Shown here piece after piece: positions 1-12,800 of a DNA stretch of 64,000 nucleotides (within the stretch, counting starts at the first letter, position 1; every line of letters starts with the position of its first letter). Under the pieces are notes generated by a model, which saw nothing but the letters and a program-made list of their open reading frames with translations, ran no database searches and was not told the DNA's origin. Position numbers and translations under genes: made by a program. The DNA comes from Eremomyces bilateralis CBS 781.70 (taxonomy: Eukaryota): the NCBI GenBank assembly GCA_010015585.1, contig ML975173.1; one strand, given 5' to 3'.

Positions 1-2177
1 TGACCGTCCCGTCGTGCGAGCCCGACGCCAGCGTCTTGCCGTCCGGCGAGAAGGCCACGGCCGAGACCCCGCTCGAATGGCCCTCGAGCGTCTGCAGCAC
101 CGCATTCCATTTCTCTTCGACCTGTAGTAACCTCCGTATCCATCTAGGTATGCAATTTGCGAATTGCTTTCTTATTATGCTCATTGTCGGTGCGAATGCG
201 AGGGCACTGCAGTACGTCTGAAGGGGAGCTAACCCGATAGCGTATCGATTGTAGACCACGAACCGCTTCGCCTCATAGATGATATCTGAGAGGCTAGGAC
301 AGTCACTTATCTAGTCGAAGTCTTAGCGAGATTATATACTATGCCGGAGGTATAACTAACGGAAGCAAGCGACTCTAAAGACGCGATGGTATGAATTCCT
401 TCCGATACCTGCCCCATCCATCCGAGAGTTTCGAGCCAGTGGAGGAAATGCTCTTGTAGGAAACGGTGTACTTGGTCGCCATCTTGAAGCTTGGCCTCGC
501 TTCTCTGGAGATGCTGGATCCAATATAGACATGCATACCGAACCTCAGGAGGGAGATGCTGCGCTGTAAGACTAGTTTCAATATCAGTCACTAATGCTCC
601 TGGTCGGTCCACACTAAGAATATCTTGCTTAAGAGCACCAGACATAAGCTTAATGCAGCTTGTAGCGAGTGATTTATGTGCTTGCTTCTCGTCAATCCCA
701 ATTTTCAAATCTGTACATCTCTTTGGGTCAAGGAGGAAGTCGCGGAACGATGGATGATGTAAACGCAGCGGCTGAGTCGAATTCTTTGGAACGTCCAGAA
801 TCGCATGAAGATCGTTCAGTGTTTGGTCTAGTTGTTGTAGCGTACTGTCGAGCGTAGTATCAAGCGTAGCGTGGAGTAGTTTCCCCAATGAGTCGGTGGA
901 TAGAGGAGAATAGAGGACAGCAATGGTCCCCATGGTTGTTCCAAGTCGCTCGCGCCATTTCTTGCTTTCTCGCCCCCTGTATTTTCGGATAGACTTCTTG
1001 AGAATTGTGATGTAGATGTTGTCCAGGTGCTGTTGTGGAGCTACTACAGGATCGCCATTCTTGTTATCTGTCGCGGAACTATCTGAAGACGACCCGTCTC
1101 CCGAGTCATCCGCAGAGTCAGGCTTGAGGATTATAGATATTCGATCTGCAGCAAAGTATTCGCCCTCCTCGATAAAGCGACATGCAGTTGCCGCCCAGAT
1201 GAATAGCTCATTTGCACTGTCAACGAGTTGACCAATGATATGCTCGTCAGGCCAACCAGCAGGGAGACAGTACCTACGAGCAATGTCTTCAAGCTTGTGC
1301 CGTAAGAAAATGCGGATATCATGATCGACAATCGACGACGATATTTCGTGGAGTATAAAATCCCGGTGTACAACATTTGGGATTTGGATGAAGCCGTTTC
1401 GGATCGGAACGTCAGGTCGGCTGGTTAAGAATACTCGAAGCTGGACCGTCTCTAAGGACCGAACCTCCGCTAGCAATTGTAAAATAGTCTGGATGTCGTT
1501 CTCGTCCTCGCACTCATCAAGCGCATCAACGACAAGAATATATCGGGGTTGGCTGCTGCTGCCCGCCAGCTGCGACAATGGATTAAGGACCAGATGGCGC
1601 CATTGTTCACTTAGATCCCGGTTGGCAATGTCGCTCTGGGCGGAAATCGCGTTGCAAATGATTCGTTTCAGATCCGGTACTTTGTTTGCCAGTTGTACTG
1701 CAACGCTTGTAACAAAATTACCGGCATGGCCGACATCTCCGCCGCCTCTTGAGAAGAAGAAACTAGCACCAAGGGTTTCCTTCGCCGGGTTCGCCCAATA
1801 CCTAGACACTGTTCGCGCCACCGTGGACTTGCCCGTGCCAGCCAAACCGCTTAGCCAAAAGATGCTCGGCGAATTTTCTCCCTTTACCCAGTTGTCTATA
1901 TCTTCACGGAGGCCGACGCGGGTATTGTCAAGGCAGGTCGGGTCATGTCGTCGCTGGTGTGCGTAGAACGGTGCGTCCTTCGCGGTAGGGAGGGAGCCGA
2001 GTATATCGTTCAAGTCTAGACTTGCCATTTAGCTTCCTGATGCTTCGAGCCCACAGCCAGTTAAGTACACTCACCTTTACTGGCCCCGACGTTCACAGAT
2101 CCGTGGAATTCATTATTACCAGCGATAACCAGCGAACCGTCCTTGGCGGTCGCATCGCTGATACGTTGCTGAGCCAT
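1..2177 (-). CDS. Fungal NLR: N-terminal amyloid-like motif + NACHT + WD40 repeats (NWD2/HET-E-like); runs off the left edge
   Basis: Walker A GLAGTGKS, Walker B ILVVDALDEC, FLTSRP and HHPSFRDFL motifs. Exons 2177-2075, 2015-361 and 310-<1. Introns 2074-2016 (GTGAGT..CTAG) and 360-311 (GTTAGT..GCTAAG..CTAG) splice in frame. The last exon reads APLQTYCSALAFAP...LQTLEGHSSGVSAVAFSPDGKTLASGSHDGTV, a WD40 repeat. Confidence 0.93.
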
Positions 2178-3321
2178 GAGCTTGGAGTAACGATGCTAAA
2201 TCTTTCGCCCTGCTAGTAGTTATTGATCTCTCGTTGCGAAATGCGAATACTGCGGCGTACGTGCGCAAGGAAACATTCTGGAGTGAGTCCATATCTACAT
2301 AGTATACCTACCCCCAGGTCACATGTGAGGTTCATTCTCAGCTGGCGAATGCATTCCGCCAGCCTCGCCAATGAACGAGCTTGCCTTGCCGCTGTCGGCT
2401 GCTGGAGAAATGCATCGGTTGCAGCCTGTAGAGTGCAGACCAAGTTGGATGCCAAGATCATTTCGTGAATACGCCGACACGGAGAAGGAGAAGGGTGGCT
2501 AGTGGCTACCCACTTTTTCGGTGTAGATCCCTTTATCTGACCAATGGAACTGAGCAAAGAGAAGGCTCTGGCGGGCTGGCCCCAATTGTTGAATCTGTAG
2601 ATTCTGTACGGAGGTGTTACCGACTTACCATACTGGCGGACGGGCTGTACCGCAGCTAGCCCAATCCATGTGGATCAGTCATTCCTCTCAGCCTTGAGCC
2701 TTGCAAAAAATAAAAGTCGGTCCCTACTCCCTGCAAGTTCCATAGCCAAATCATCTCATCCACACCGAGATACTTACTCGAGAGCCGAGTTATTCTCGCA
2801 TTGGCATAGTATATGATTCCATGGTTGATGGCAGCAAAGGTCTGGCCATTGTTGCGGACGTTTTGCTGATACTGCCTTGCTGGACGCAGTAAGGCGTAGT
2901 AGGTAAGGCATAACTGAAGCTGCTCTGGTGGGGCAAGGGTCCGCTGGACATTGGGTGCTAGTGCTGCCATTGCTACCATTGCTACTATTGCTTTATTAAT
3001 TATAACCAATTATTGAAAAAGTCTGGGACGCTCAGCAATACAATCTCATATTCGCCTTGATAAGTACTCTCGAGGTACTGTACTGCGTGGTAATTATATC
3101 AACGAACAAATTCAGGGTTTGGCAAATGGCATCTTCAAGTGGTCACGCCAATATGCGCGATGATTTGTCACAACACACGAATTGCGCCTCACTGAACCGC
3201 AGTCTTTTACTGCCCCGCATATATGGTTCATTGTTTCCTTTGTGTTTTAACCACTACCTCCTCTCCTTTCCCTTGGTTGAACCCATTAACTAGTCGATTC
3301 CTTTCCAGTGTTCGTTTAGTC

Positions 3322-4275
3322 ATGCCGGAACCTCTTAGCATCACTGCGGCTGTTGTAGGCATTACAGCCACAGCTCTCCAGAGCGTTCAATTTCTCGCCA
3401 AGACCATCGACAACATTAAAGACGCCCCAAGAACCGTCAAATTCATCAGCGCCGACCTTCGCGCAGTTGAGAGTGTGTTGCAGGATCTGGAAGTACAAGC
3501 CGATTCACCGCAACCCATTCAGAGTAAGCAAATCGGGCCTGCTGTCGAGAACTGTGACAGAGCATGCAAAGCATTTCAGTTGCAAGTCGAGCATTGGATG
3601 AACCGTTCCAAAGACGACAAGATGTTTTGGGTCTCTCGGTGGAGGGTTGGACTATTTGGGCAGGAGAGGATCAAGACATTCAAAGGGCAGCTTAGCGACT
3701 GCAAAAGCACTCTTAGCGTCGCACTGGCTACGGCAACTCTGTTTGTTTACCGACAGCCTTTCAGCCTGCCAATAGCTGACTGATTGAGTAGCTTAGCTGT
3801 AACTAGCCAAAAGGACCTGGCGAAAGAGCAGAGAGACAGCATGCTAAGGGTAAACGAAGCAGACCTTGCGCAAGAGCTTATTAGTGCAGGCAATGAAGGG
3901 GTGGAAATTGAGCGCAATCTGCAACAACTCATAGTTAGAGGAAGCACCGAGCCGGACGAGGAATCCGAGCAGAGCAAACAGGAGCTTCTCCAAGAGCTTC
4001 GGAGACAGCAAGCCGGCAACAATACCTTCAGAGAGATGTGTGAGGAAGCCCTTTCCAAAACAGTGTATGAGCGTACAGGGCAGAAGATCAAAGGTGTCAA
4101 GGCAACAAACAATAGTTCAGCTGTGACGGGATTCATCAACACTTCTGGGGAAGAGTCAAAGATCGATCAGGATATCTCTGATGTTACTGCTGATGGCCAC
4201 AGCGTGGTCATTGCTGGGGTCGTGAAGGGCTTCGATTTCAAGGACTTGCGTCTAGGTAAGCCTGGGGGTTCTTAA
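3322..4275 (+). CDS. HeLo-like (HELL/SesA-type) domain protein with a C-terminal two-repeat HET-s-related amyloid motif; putative cell-death effector, about 300 aa
   Basis: N-terminus MPEPLSITAAVVGITATALQSVQFLAKTIDNIKDAP is typical of HeLo-like domains. Intron 3741-3791 (GTTTGT..GCTGAC..TAG) joins the two ORFs in frame. C-terminal pseudo-repeats QKIKGVKATNNSSAVTG and QDISDVTADGHSVVIAG. Confidence 0.85.
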
Positions 4276-5623
4276 GGAGATGTCGGCAGAGGATATGGGG
4301 TTAGCAATTTTGACTTACTGTATCTAGTGGACCGGCGTAACGCAGACATCGACGTGGACTATGTCGATCTAGGATTCCCCTTTTCCATCATGATCATCCT
4401 CTCTTCAAAGTTCGAACAAATGCTATTAAGACTTATGACGCATTCGCAGAGTCTGTCCAGTGTTGATGTCTTTCTGTTTGAGTTCAACCATTCAAAGTGC
4501 CGCCGACAATAATAATGCTTCGAGCACGACTTCCAAGTCTCCTATCGCCAGATTGAATCGTGAACTCGGAACTAGGAAATCCCGAACGTCTCAAACTGTC
4601 AATTTCCCCGTTTCACTCATCGCGCATTCTTCGAAACATTTCTTTTGAGTTGTGGCCCACCGCAACGTTTCAGTACGCATTTCAGGCCACTTCGCGTGAT
4701 TAACATGCCAGCAACCGATGACTTCAGGAGATAGGGATGATCAGATGATGAAGCGATGTCAATCCGAGGTGAAGAGTTCGCAGTTGCAATGATGGCGCGA
4801 GTTGGCACAGTCCATATCTATCCGATCATCACGTTCGAGTTGATCATGAGAATTGGACACGCGACGTCTACTCCTGCGGGATAGAAGAGGATGCTCAAAG
4901 CTACCATAGGTACGGTAGGCTGTGTGTCCATGGTCATTCGCGTCCGATGAATGTGACGGGAATGAGGTTTGTTGTGCCAGATCTTCTTAAGTAAATCGAT
5001 GTGTGTTATTAAGGTTGTAATTATAGTCGTAAAGAAGGTTAAATGAATGAATGTAGTTGATACTCGGAAGGTACATATAACTTAATCAAGTCAATTGTAG
5101 TAACGTGGTCACGCATGGCTAATTATTGTGGCTCGGGGTGGGTACCGGATAGAGCTACATTCATAAACCCCCCCGATTGTTCTCTGCCTGTGTGTGCCAC
5201 TCTTTTTTTGCAGGTTCCAGTTTGAATCTGGTTTACGTAGTTCTTTCTTTTTGTTAACAGCTTAATTATGTCTCTAATCCTCTGGTTGGAGTTAATGCGC
5301 CTTATTGAATGCAGGCGGTTTCGTCGCTCCGATTGTGGTAGGTGGACATTAGATCCTTTCCTTCTATTGGCTCACATTTTTTTATAGTCGAGTCTTTAGG
5401 TCTGTTTCTCTACACCACTTAGTCCATGGTGGTTCCCTTCGAGTCCATCGTACAATCTGTCATATTGACTACATAACACAAGCTATCGAAGAGCGTCATC
5501 ACTCGTAACCAACAAGTCTGCAAGGAGATATAAGAAAAGCGTTCCCAATTGCTCCATCGAATGCCAGCCGATCAAAAGACACGGCGTAACCTTCCAAAGT
5601 CGCTTATCCAAGAACGCGATCCA

Positions 5624-7817
5624 TCACCATCCCCAGTTCTCCTCACTCCACTCCCCCGGCGCTGCATTCCCCATCCCGACGTCGCAGAACAAGTCGACAT
5701 CGCAAAACACCCCCGACGGCCCCATATTGACCCCGAGACTGGACCCCATCCCCTCCATGTCCTGCCCGATCATCTTCAGATCCTCTGCTAACTTCAATTC
5801 CTCCTCCCGCGACTCCAGGTCCTGCGCTCCGCCCATCATCTGCGAGTCCATGGGGCTGGTCGGCGGTGTTTCTCCCGCGCTACTGACGCGACTTCGCGCG
5901 AGGCCGAAGTGGATTTTCTCGTCCGCGTCGAAGCTTTGGAGGCTTTTGGTCGGGGAGCCCAGTTGTGCGGGGCTGATAGTACCCAGCGGAGGCGACGCGG
6001 GCGGGGTTTTCGGATCCAATCCATGCGGCAGGCTGTTCCATTTAACGATACCGGGGAGTTCGACGTCTGCCTGGACGAGCGAGGGCGGGAGGGGAAATTC
6101 CTCCGTTAAACTTGCTGGCCCATCGCGATTGGCGCCGCCGGTGGCCGATGGGGACGAGGTGAACGATTCGGATTCGATTTCGTCGATGCTGAACTTGAGG
6201 TCGCTGCGAGGGTCAGTAGGCTGAACTAAGGGGAACCGTCCGATCCACGTACCTGAATGACACATCCTCCTGAGTGTCACCACCCAAAGTGGTGAACTGC
6301 GTGGCATCGAAGGGAGGCGGGCTGGTGGCCGGGCTAATTGGATATGAACCCTCCGATGCCCCCGACAAGGACGATGCATACGGGCCGCTGGAGTGGATCT
6401 CCAGGCCCGTTTCCTCCTCCTTATCCATGATCCTCGCTCGGAGCGCTTTCTCCACCCGCTGCTCCAACTCGGGTCTCTTCTTCTTCGGTCGCCCTCTCCT
6501 CGCCGTCTTCCGCACCGCATTTGGAAACGCTCCCGAGCACATGCCGCGCTGTCGATGCCGCGTCAACGCATCCTGGCGCTGAAACGCGGTCCCGCAGAGA
6601 CACTTGTGCGGCTTGTCGCCGAAATGGATCTTGGCGTGGCGCTTGAGGTCGTGCTGGCGGACGAAGCACTTGTTGCAGTCGTTGCAGCGGAACTGCCGGT
6701 CGCCGAGATGGGTCTGCACATGGGCTTTGATGTTTTCCTTGCGCCCGAAGGTCTTGCGGCACTGCGGGAACAGGCAGGTCCATTTGTGGCTGACGGGGTC
6801 TTGCTCGCCGATAAATGCTTGCACTTCGGCGGAGGAGATCCCCGTGTCTTCGATGGATGCGTTGAGGTACATGCCGGCAACCTGCACTCCGGCGGAAGGA
6901 GATCCAGGGTGAAATTGGGGTGACGAGAGGAGTGCATCAAGATCATCGCCTGCTTGGGACGAAGGCATGTACGGTGTGGTAGAGGGTGAGAATGAGATTG
7001 GTGGTGCGGGAGTGACGGGGAATCCGCCAAACGTGGCTGTTGATCGTAGTTGGGGCGAAACAGTCGGCGATCGCTCTGGAGAGAAAGCATCGGACGAATA
7101 ATACGACGACTCATTCTCTCGGTCGCTCTCCGGATTGTCCACGTTCATGGAGAAGACCTGCTCCATCCCTGGTGGGTCGAGATTGATCTCCGTCACGTCA
7201 CCAAAACTTGATGGCATGGGCGCCACATCTAAGTTGTCACCGTGTGGCGCCGTGTTCGTTTGTTTCTGCGGTGTTGCCATGGGCGTCGGGAGAATATTGA
7301 CTTGGATGATCCCCAGATCGCTGAACTCGTTGATGCGCTCACGGAATTCGCGGAGCCGCTCCTCCGGCGATTTCAGTGGCGATCGGGGGGTGGCTGGTTG
7401 TGAGTGCGTCGTCAACGACGCATTGTACTGAGTTGGGTCCGGGGAATAGGCCGCCCGCGGTCCTAGGGATTGATGGTGCTGGTTCTGTTGCCCCAGCTGA
7501 GGCATGTTTTGCAACTGCGCTACCTGCGTCGGATGTTGTTGAGGGTCCTGTCCTGTGTGGGGGTTAGCTATACTTACCGTCGACTCCAGCTCCTGGGTCG
7601 GCGTCGTGATCATCGAAGACAACGGCGGCGACCTCGTCCGCTTGTAGGGGTTCCGGGGGATGTCGAGACTCATCCCTCGTCGGTGACCCTGGTTGGTTTG
7701 ACGCTGGACGATGGCTGGAAGGGGTCGAACGTTGGCCGACTCAAGTTGAGGCGTGGAGTTTTGCCGACGGTGGGTCGTGCGGCGACGCTCAATGCTTGAG
7801 TTTGGCGTGGACAACAT
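5624..7817 (-). CDS. ACE2: C2H2 zinc-finger transcription factor, Swi5/Ace2 family
   Basis: Fingers WTCLFPQCRKTFGRKENIKAHVQTH / FRCNDCNKCFVRQHDLKRHAKIH / HKCLCGTAFQRQDALTRHRQRGMC, followed by RRGRPKKKRP. Intron 6252-6204 (GTACGT..CTGAC..CAG). Many S/T-P sites. Confidence 0.85.
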
Positions 7818-8532
7818 CGTGTGAGATGCAAGTCGAGTCCGGAATGGGTTTTCAAAGATACGGTTCCTGTTGGTTCCTGGGGGGTTAGTAGTATCTCCTT
7901 GGGTCCGAGGCTATCACCGATATTAGCGGCTATCCTATTTCAATGATTCGACTGTCCGTACCTCACGCAGTGCAGGCAAACTCCCGCGGGGCGGCGGATT
8001 TCCTTAAAGACCGCTCAGTACAATAGATTTTGTCGATCACAACCAGTGAATGTAAGGTGTTGGGCTGATGCCCGGGAGAAGTGCGAAAACTCGGTTTGAT
8101 AGACGAAGTCGAGACCTGATGCGGTGTGTAAAGGTCGACTTCTCTGTTGAATGTAGGTTTGGGTGGATTATCGAGAGTAGCAGATGTTTTTTGGATTCAG
8201 AAAGATACTGAACAATAGAGAGATGGTGATAAATAGGATCGAATGTCTTTGAGCTGGACTTCTCATGGGGGCGTCATCAACTGGCGTCAAAAGTTGGTCA
8301 ACAGCCCGTTGCGGCGGGCAACCCAAACGCTTGGATCGGCGATCAGCCTTACTGCCCAATCACCTGACATCACGTGGGAAATGCAGGGGCCTTCCCCAAC
8401 GACCAATAATAATTAATTTGCACTTTGACACCTTGGTGCCTTATCGCTTGCCCACAACTCGAATTTCCGCGCCACTTCGCATCTCTCCCTCTCAACTTTC
8501 ACATTATCGTGACTGAAGATACAAAGTCCTAG

Positions 8533-9170
<638 letters not shown>

Positions 9171-9818
9171 ACGTCTCGCTGCACACCAGTCAGAGTGATC
9201 TGAAAATGCCGTCGAAAGGCAACACTCGAGAGAAGATTGAAGTGTATGAATAGTCTCTAGATAAGAACCAAAACAGACCATTCTCGACATCATATGAGCT
9301 CCTTGGGCCATCTGTCCAAGCCTCCAAGGCCTTAAAGTGCGTGTAGCGTAGGGTAGAATATCTTCGACGCCCGTGATATCAGCCTATTTCGCACTGGGAA
9401 TATCAAATAGAATCCGGTAGTTGCAGCACATGCAGAAGGGAGACGGTCATAACTGTAAAAAATCCCATGTCTTCAAGCGATCATCGCCCATACTCAGTCC
9501 AATATCTACGTTCATTCCAGCCAATTGGCGATCAGATGTTCAGACGACTTGACAGGGGGCATCAACCTCAACTTACAACAATGAAATAAGTAAGACCAAG
9601 AAGTCAACAGGACATCGCAGCTCAAATAACATCCACATCTTTCCGAGAAATCGGTTGCTTTCCAGTCGCTTTATAGATACGTGATCTACAGCTTCCCCAA
9701 TGCAGTTCTCTGTGGAGGCCTATGCCTAGGCGCTCCCGGACTCGACCCTACTTCGAACGAGACCACCGTTCCCTTTCGACAACGCGCATAGATTCGTCGA
9801 CCCTTCACACTATCCAGC

Positions 9819-12800
9819 ATGTCGGACTTCTCCATGTTCCATGCCCTCGGGCAGCATTCCATAAACCCAAACGACCCAAAAGTCGAGCCCGAAGCGCCCC
9901 AGTTCCGACCGCCAATTGCACCAGCACCCTCGGGGTATCATCAATCAGGTTCATATCAGAGCGCTCCTCCGCAACAGCAACAATATGACCCTTCTGTCGC
10001 CCACACACAGCCGGGAACGCAAGCTGGGAACCCGCCATACCAGGAGCAGGGATACTTCGCGCCACCAGGATCAACGCCAGGAGCCGCACCACCCGCCGGA
10101 ATGGAGGGATTGACACAACAGATGAGCCACGTCGGTTTAGGGACCGAAGGCGCGGCTCCGGCAAGGACACATAAAAAGCGAGATCGGCATGCCTACCACA
10201 ATATCGAGACGCCGGGAGGCAGCTCGCAAGCGTTCAATGGGATGCCCCAAGGGCAGGTTGCGCCCTCTCAATATCTTAACCAACAGATCACTCCTGCGAT
10301 GAACCAATTCCCTGCCGCTGCGAACCCGATATTCACCCCTCAAGACCAAGCGACGGCACCGCAGCATGCCGCGCGGAGCAATACCCCTCTCCAAGGCAGT
10401 GCCGTCACATCCGCGCAGGGACGAGTCGATCCGGAGCAGATCCCAAGCGTCCCTCGAGCCCGGGACTTTGCAACCCAATACTATCTGGACCATGCGTATG
10501 CGACTGTGGAGCGACATTTACCACCTCCTGCGGCGGTCCCGTACATTGCCTTCGATCAAGGCAATGCCTCGCCGAAATTCACCCGATTGACGCTCAATTG
10601 CATCCCCTCGACACAAGAAGCGCTTGCGGCTACCAGCCTTCCTCTCGGCCTCATAGTGCAACCATTGGCGCGGTTGCAAGATGGAGAGCAACCCATACCG
10701 GTGTTGGATTTCGGCGACATGGGCCCTCCCCGCTGTCGACGATGTCGAGCTTACATCAATCCTTTCATGACCTTCCTTTCAGGAGGGAGCAAGTTCGTGT
10801 GCAACATGTGTACATTCCCGAATGACGTTCCGCCAGAATATTTCTCGCCGACCGACCCCTCCGGTGTACGGGTCGATCGACCGCAACGGCCGGAGCTAAT
10901 GCTGGGAACGGTCGAGTTTATGGTTCCGAAGGAATACTGGGGGAAGGAGCCGGTGCCATTACGATGGCTGTTTTTGATCGATGTGTGTGAAGAGTCGGTG
11001 AACAAGGGGTTCGTGGATGCTTTCTGCGAGGGAATCATGAGCGCCCTATACGGCCCATTTGACTCGGACAATGACAATGAGGAGGCTGGACGGCTGCCAC
11101 CGGGGTCACAAATTGGCATCGTCACGTTCGACAAGGAGATTCATTTCTATAATTTGAGCGCGGGGTTGGAAAAGGCGCAAATGATGGTCATGACCGATAT
11201 TGAGGACCCGTTCGTTCCGTTTAGTGAAGGCATGTTCGTCGATCCCGAGGAGTCGCGGACCGTCATCACCGCATTGCTTACGCAGTTGCCGAACATGTTC
11301 TCCGGGCTCAAGAACCCCGAACCGGCGCTGCTCTCGACACTCAATGCCGCACTGGAAGCGTTATCTACGACTGGAGGGAAGATTGTTTGCTCAATAGGCG
11401 AGCTGCCAACATGGGGACCAGGACGGCTCTTTTTCCGCGATGATACCAAGATGCACGGGACCGATGCAGAGAAGAAGCTGCTCACCACCGAGCATCCTCT
11501 GTGGACGAAAGCGGCCACGAAAATGGTGGAACATGGCATCGGAGTGGATTTCTTCATGGCGGCTCCCAGTGGCGGCTTTCTTGATATCGCGACTTTAGGT
11601 AAGTCTTGGAGGCTTTGGGCTTTGGCCTTTTTTAACGCATCGTAGGTCTCGTCTCGTCGAAATCCGGAGGTGAAATCTACTACTATCCCAACTTCCATGC
11701 CCCTCGCGATTCCCTTCGATTGGCACGGGAGATCAAACATACCGTGACACGGGAAACCGGATACCAAGCCCTCATGAAAGTTCGCTGTTCGAACGGCTTG
11801 CAAGTATCCGCGTACCATGGCAATTTCACCCACCATACGTTCGGAGCGGATCTAGAGTTCGGCGCCATCGACTCGGATAAGGCGCTCGCCGTCATGTTCA
11901 GCTACGACGGCAAGCTGGACCCGAAACTCGATGCGCATTTCCAAAGCGCGTTGCTTTATACGACGGCCAGCGGCCAGCGACGGGTACGATGCAGCAACAT
12001 TGTCGCGAGCGTGTCAGAGGGGTCGATCGAGGCGATGAAGCTCGTCGATCAAGAAGCCGTCGTGGACGTGATCGCCAAGGAGGCCGCCTCACGAGTACCC
12101 GAGAAGTCGCTCAAGGACGTTCGAAGCGCGTTGAACGAGAAGACCGTCGATATCCTGGCGAGCTACCGAAAGCTATCCTCGGGATCCCATCCACCCGGCC
12201 AATTGATCCTGCCCGAACTGATGAAAGAGTTCAGCATGTACATGCTCGGCCTGATCAAGTCTCGCGCTCTGAAAGGCGGACGCGAACCCACCGATCGTCG
12301 CGTTCACGATCTGAAATTGCTGAAGCAGATGGGCGCCATGGAGATGTCCCTGTACCTGTACCCCCGCGTCATCTCCCTCCACGACCTCGACGAGAAAGAC
12401 GGCTTCCCCAACGAAAACGGCCACCTCCGCATGCCCGCCACCGTACGCGCGAGCTTCTCCCGCGTCGAAGAGGGCGGCGTCTACATCGTCGACAATGGCC
12501 AAATTTGCCTCCTCTGGCTGCACGCGCAGGTATCCCCGAACCTCCTCGAAGACCTGTTCGGACCGGGAAATACCACACTCAAATCGCTGGACGCGTTCCT
12601 TGCTGCCCTGCCGGTCCTGGATACCCACCTCAACGCGCAGGTGCGCAACATCCTGCAGTACCTGGAGACGACGCGCGGGTCCAAGGCGTTGACGCTGCAG
12701 CTCGCGCGACAGGGGCTGGACGGCGCGGAATACGAGTACGCGCGGCTGCTGTACGAGGACCGGAACAACGAGGCGCAGAACTATGTGGACTGGCTGGTTC

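Noticed and set aside
2026..2028. ATG at 2028 as the main NLR start codon
   Set aside because: It lies within a canonical in-frame intron, and the upstream exon encodes a motif matching the neighbouring effector. Kept only as a possible alternative start.
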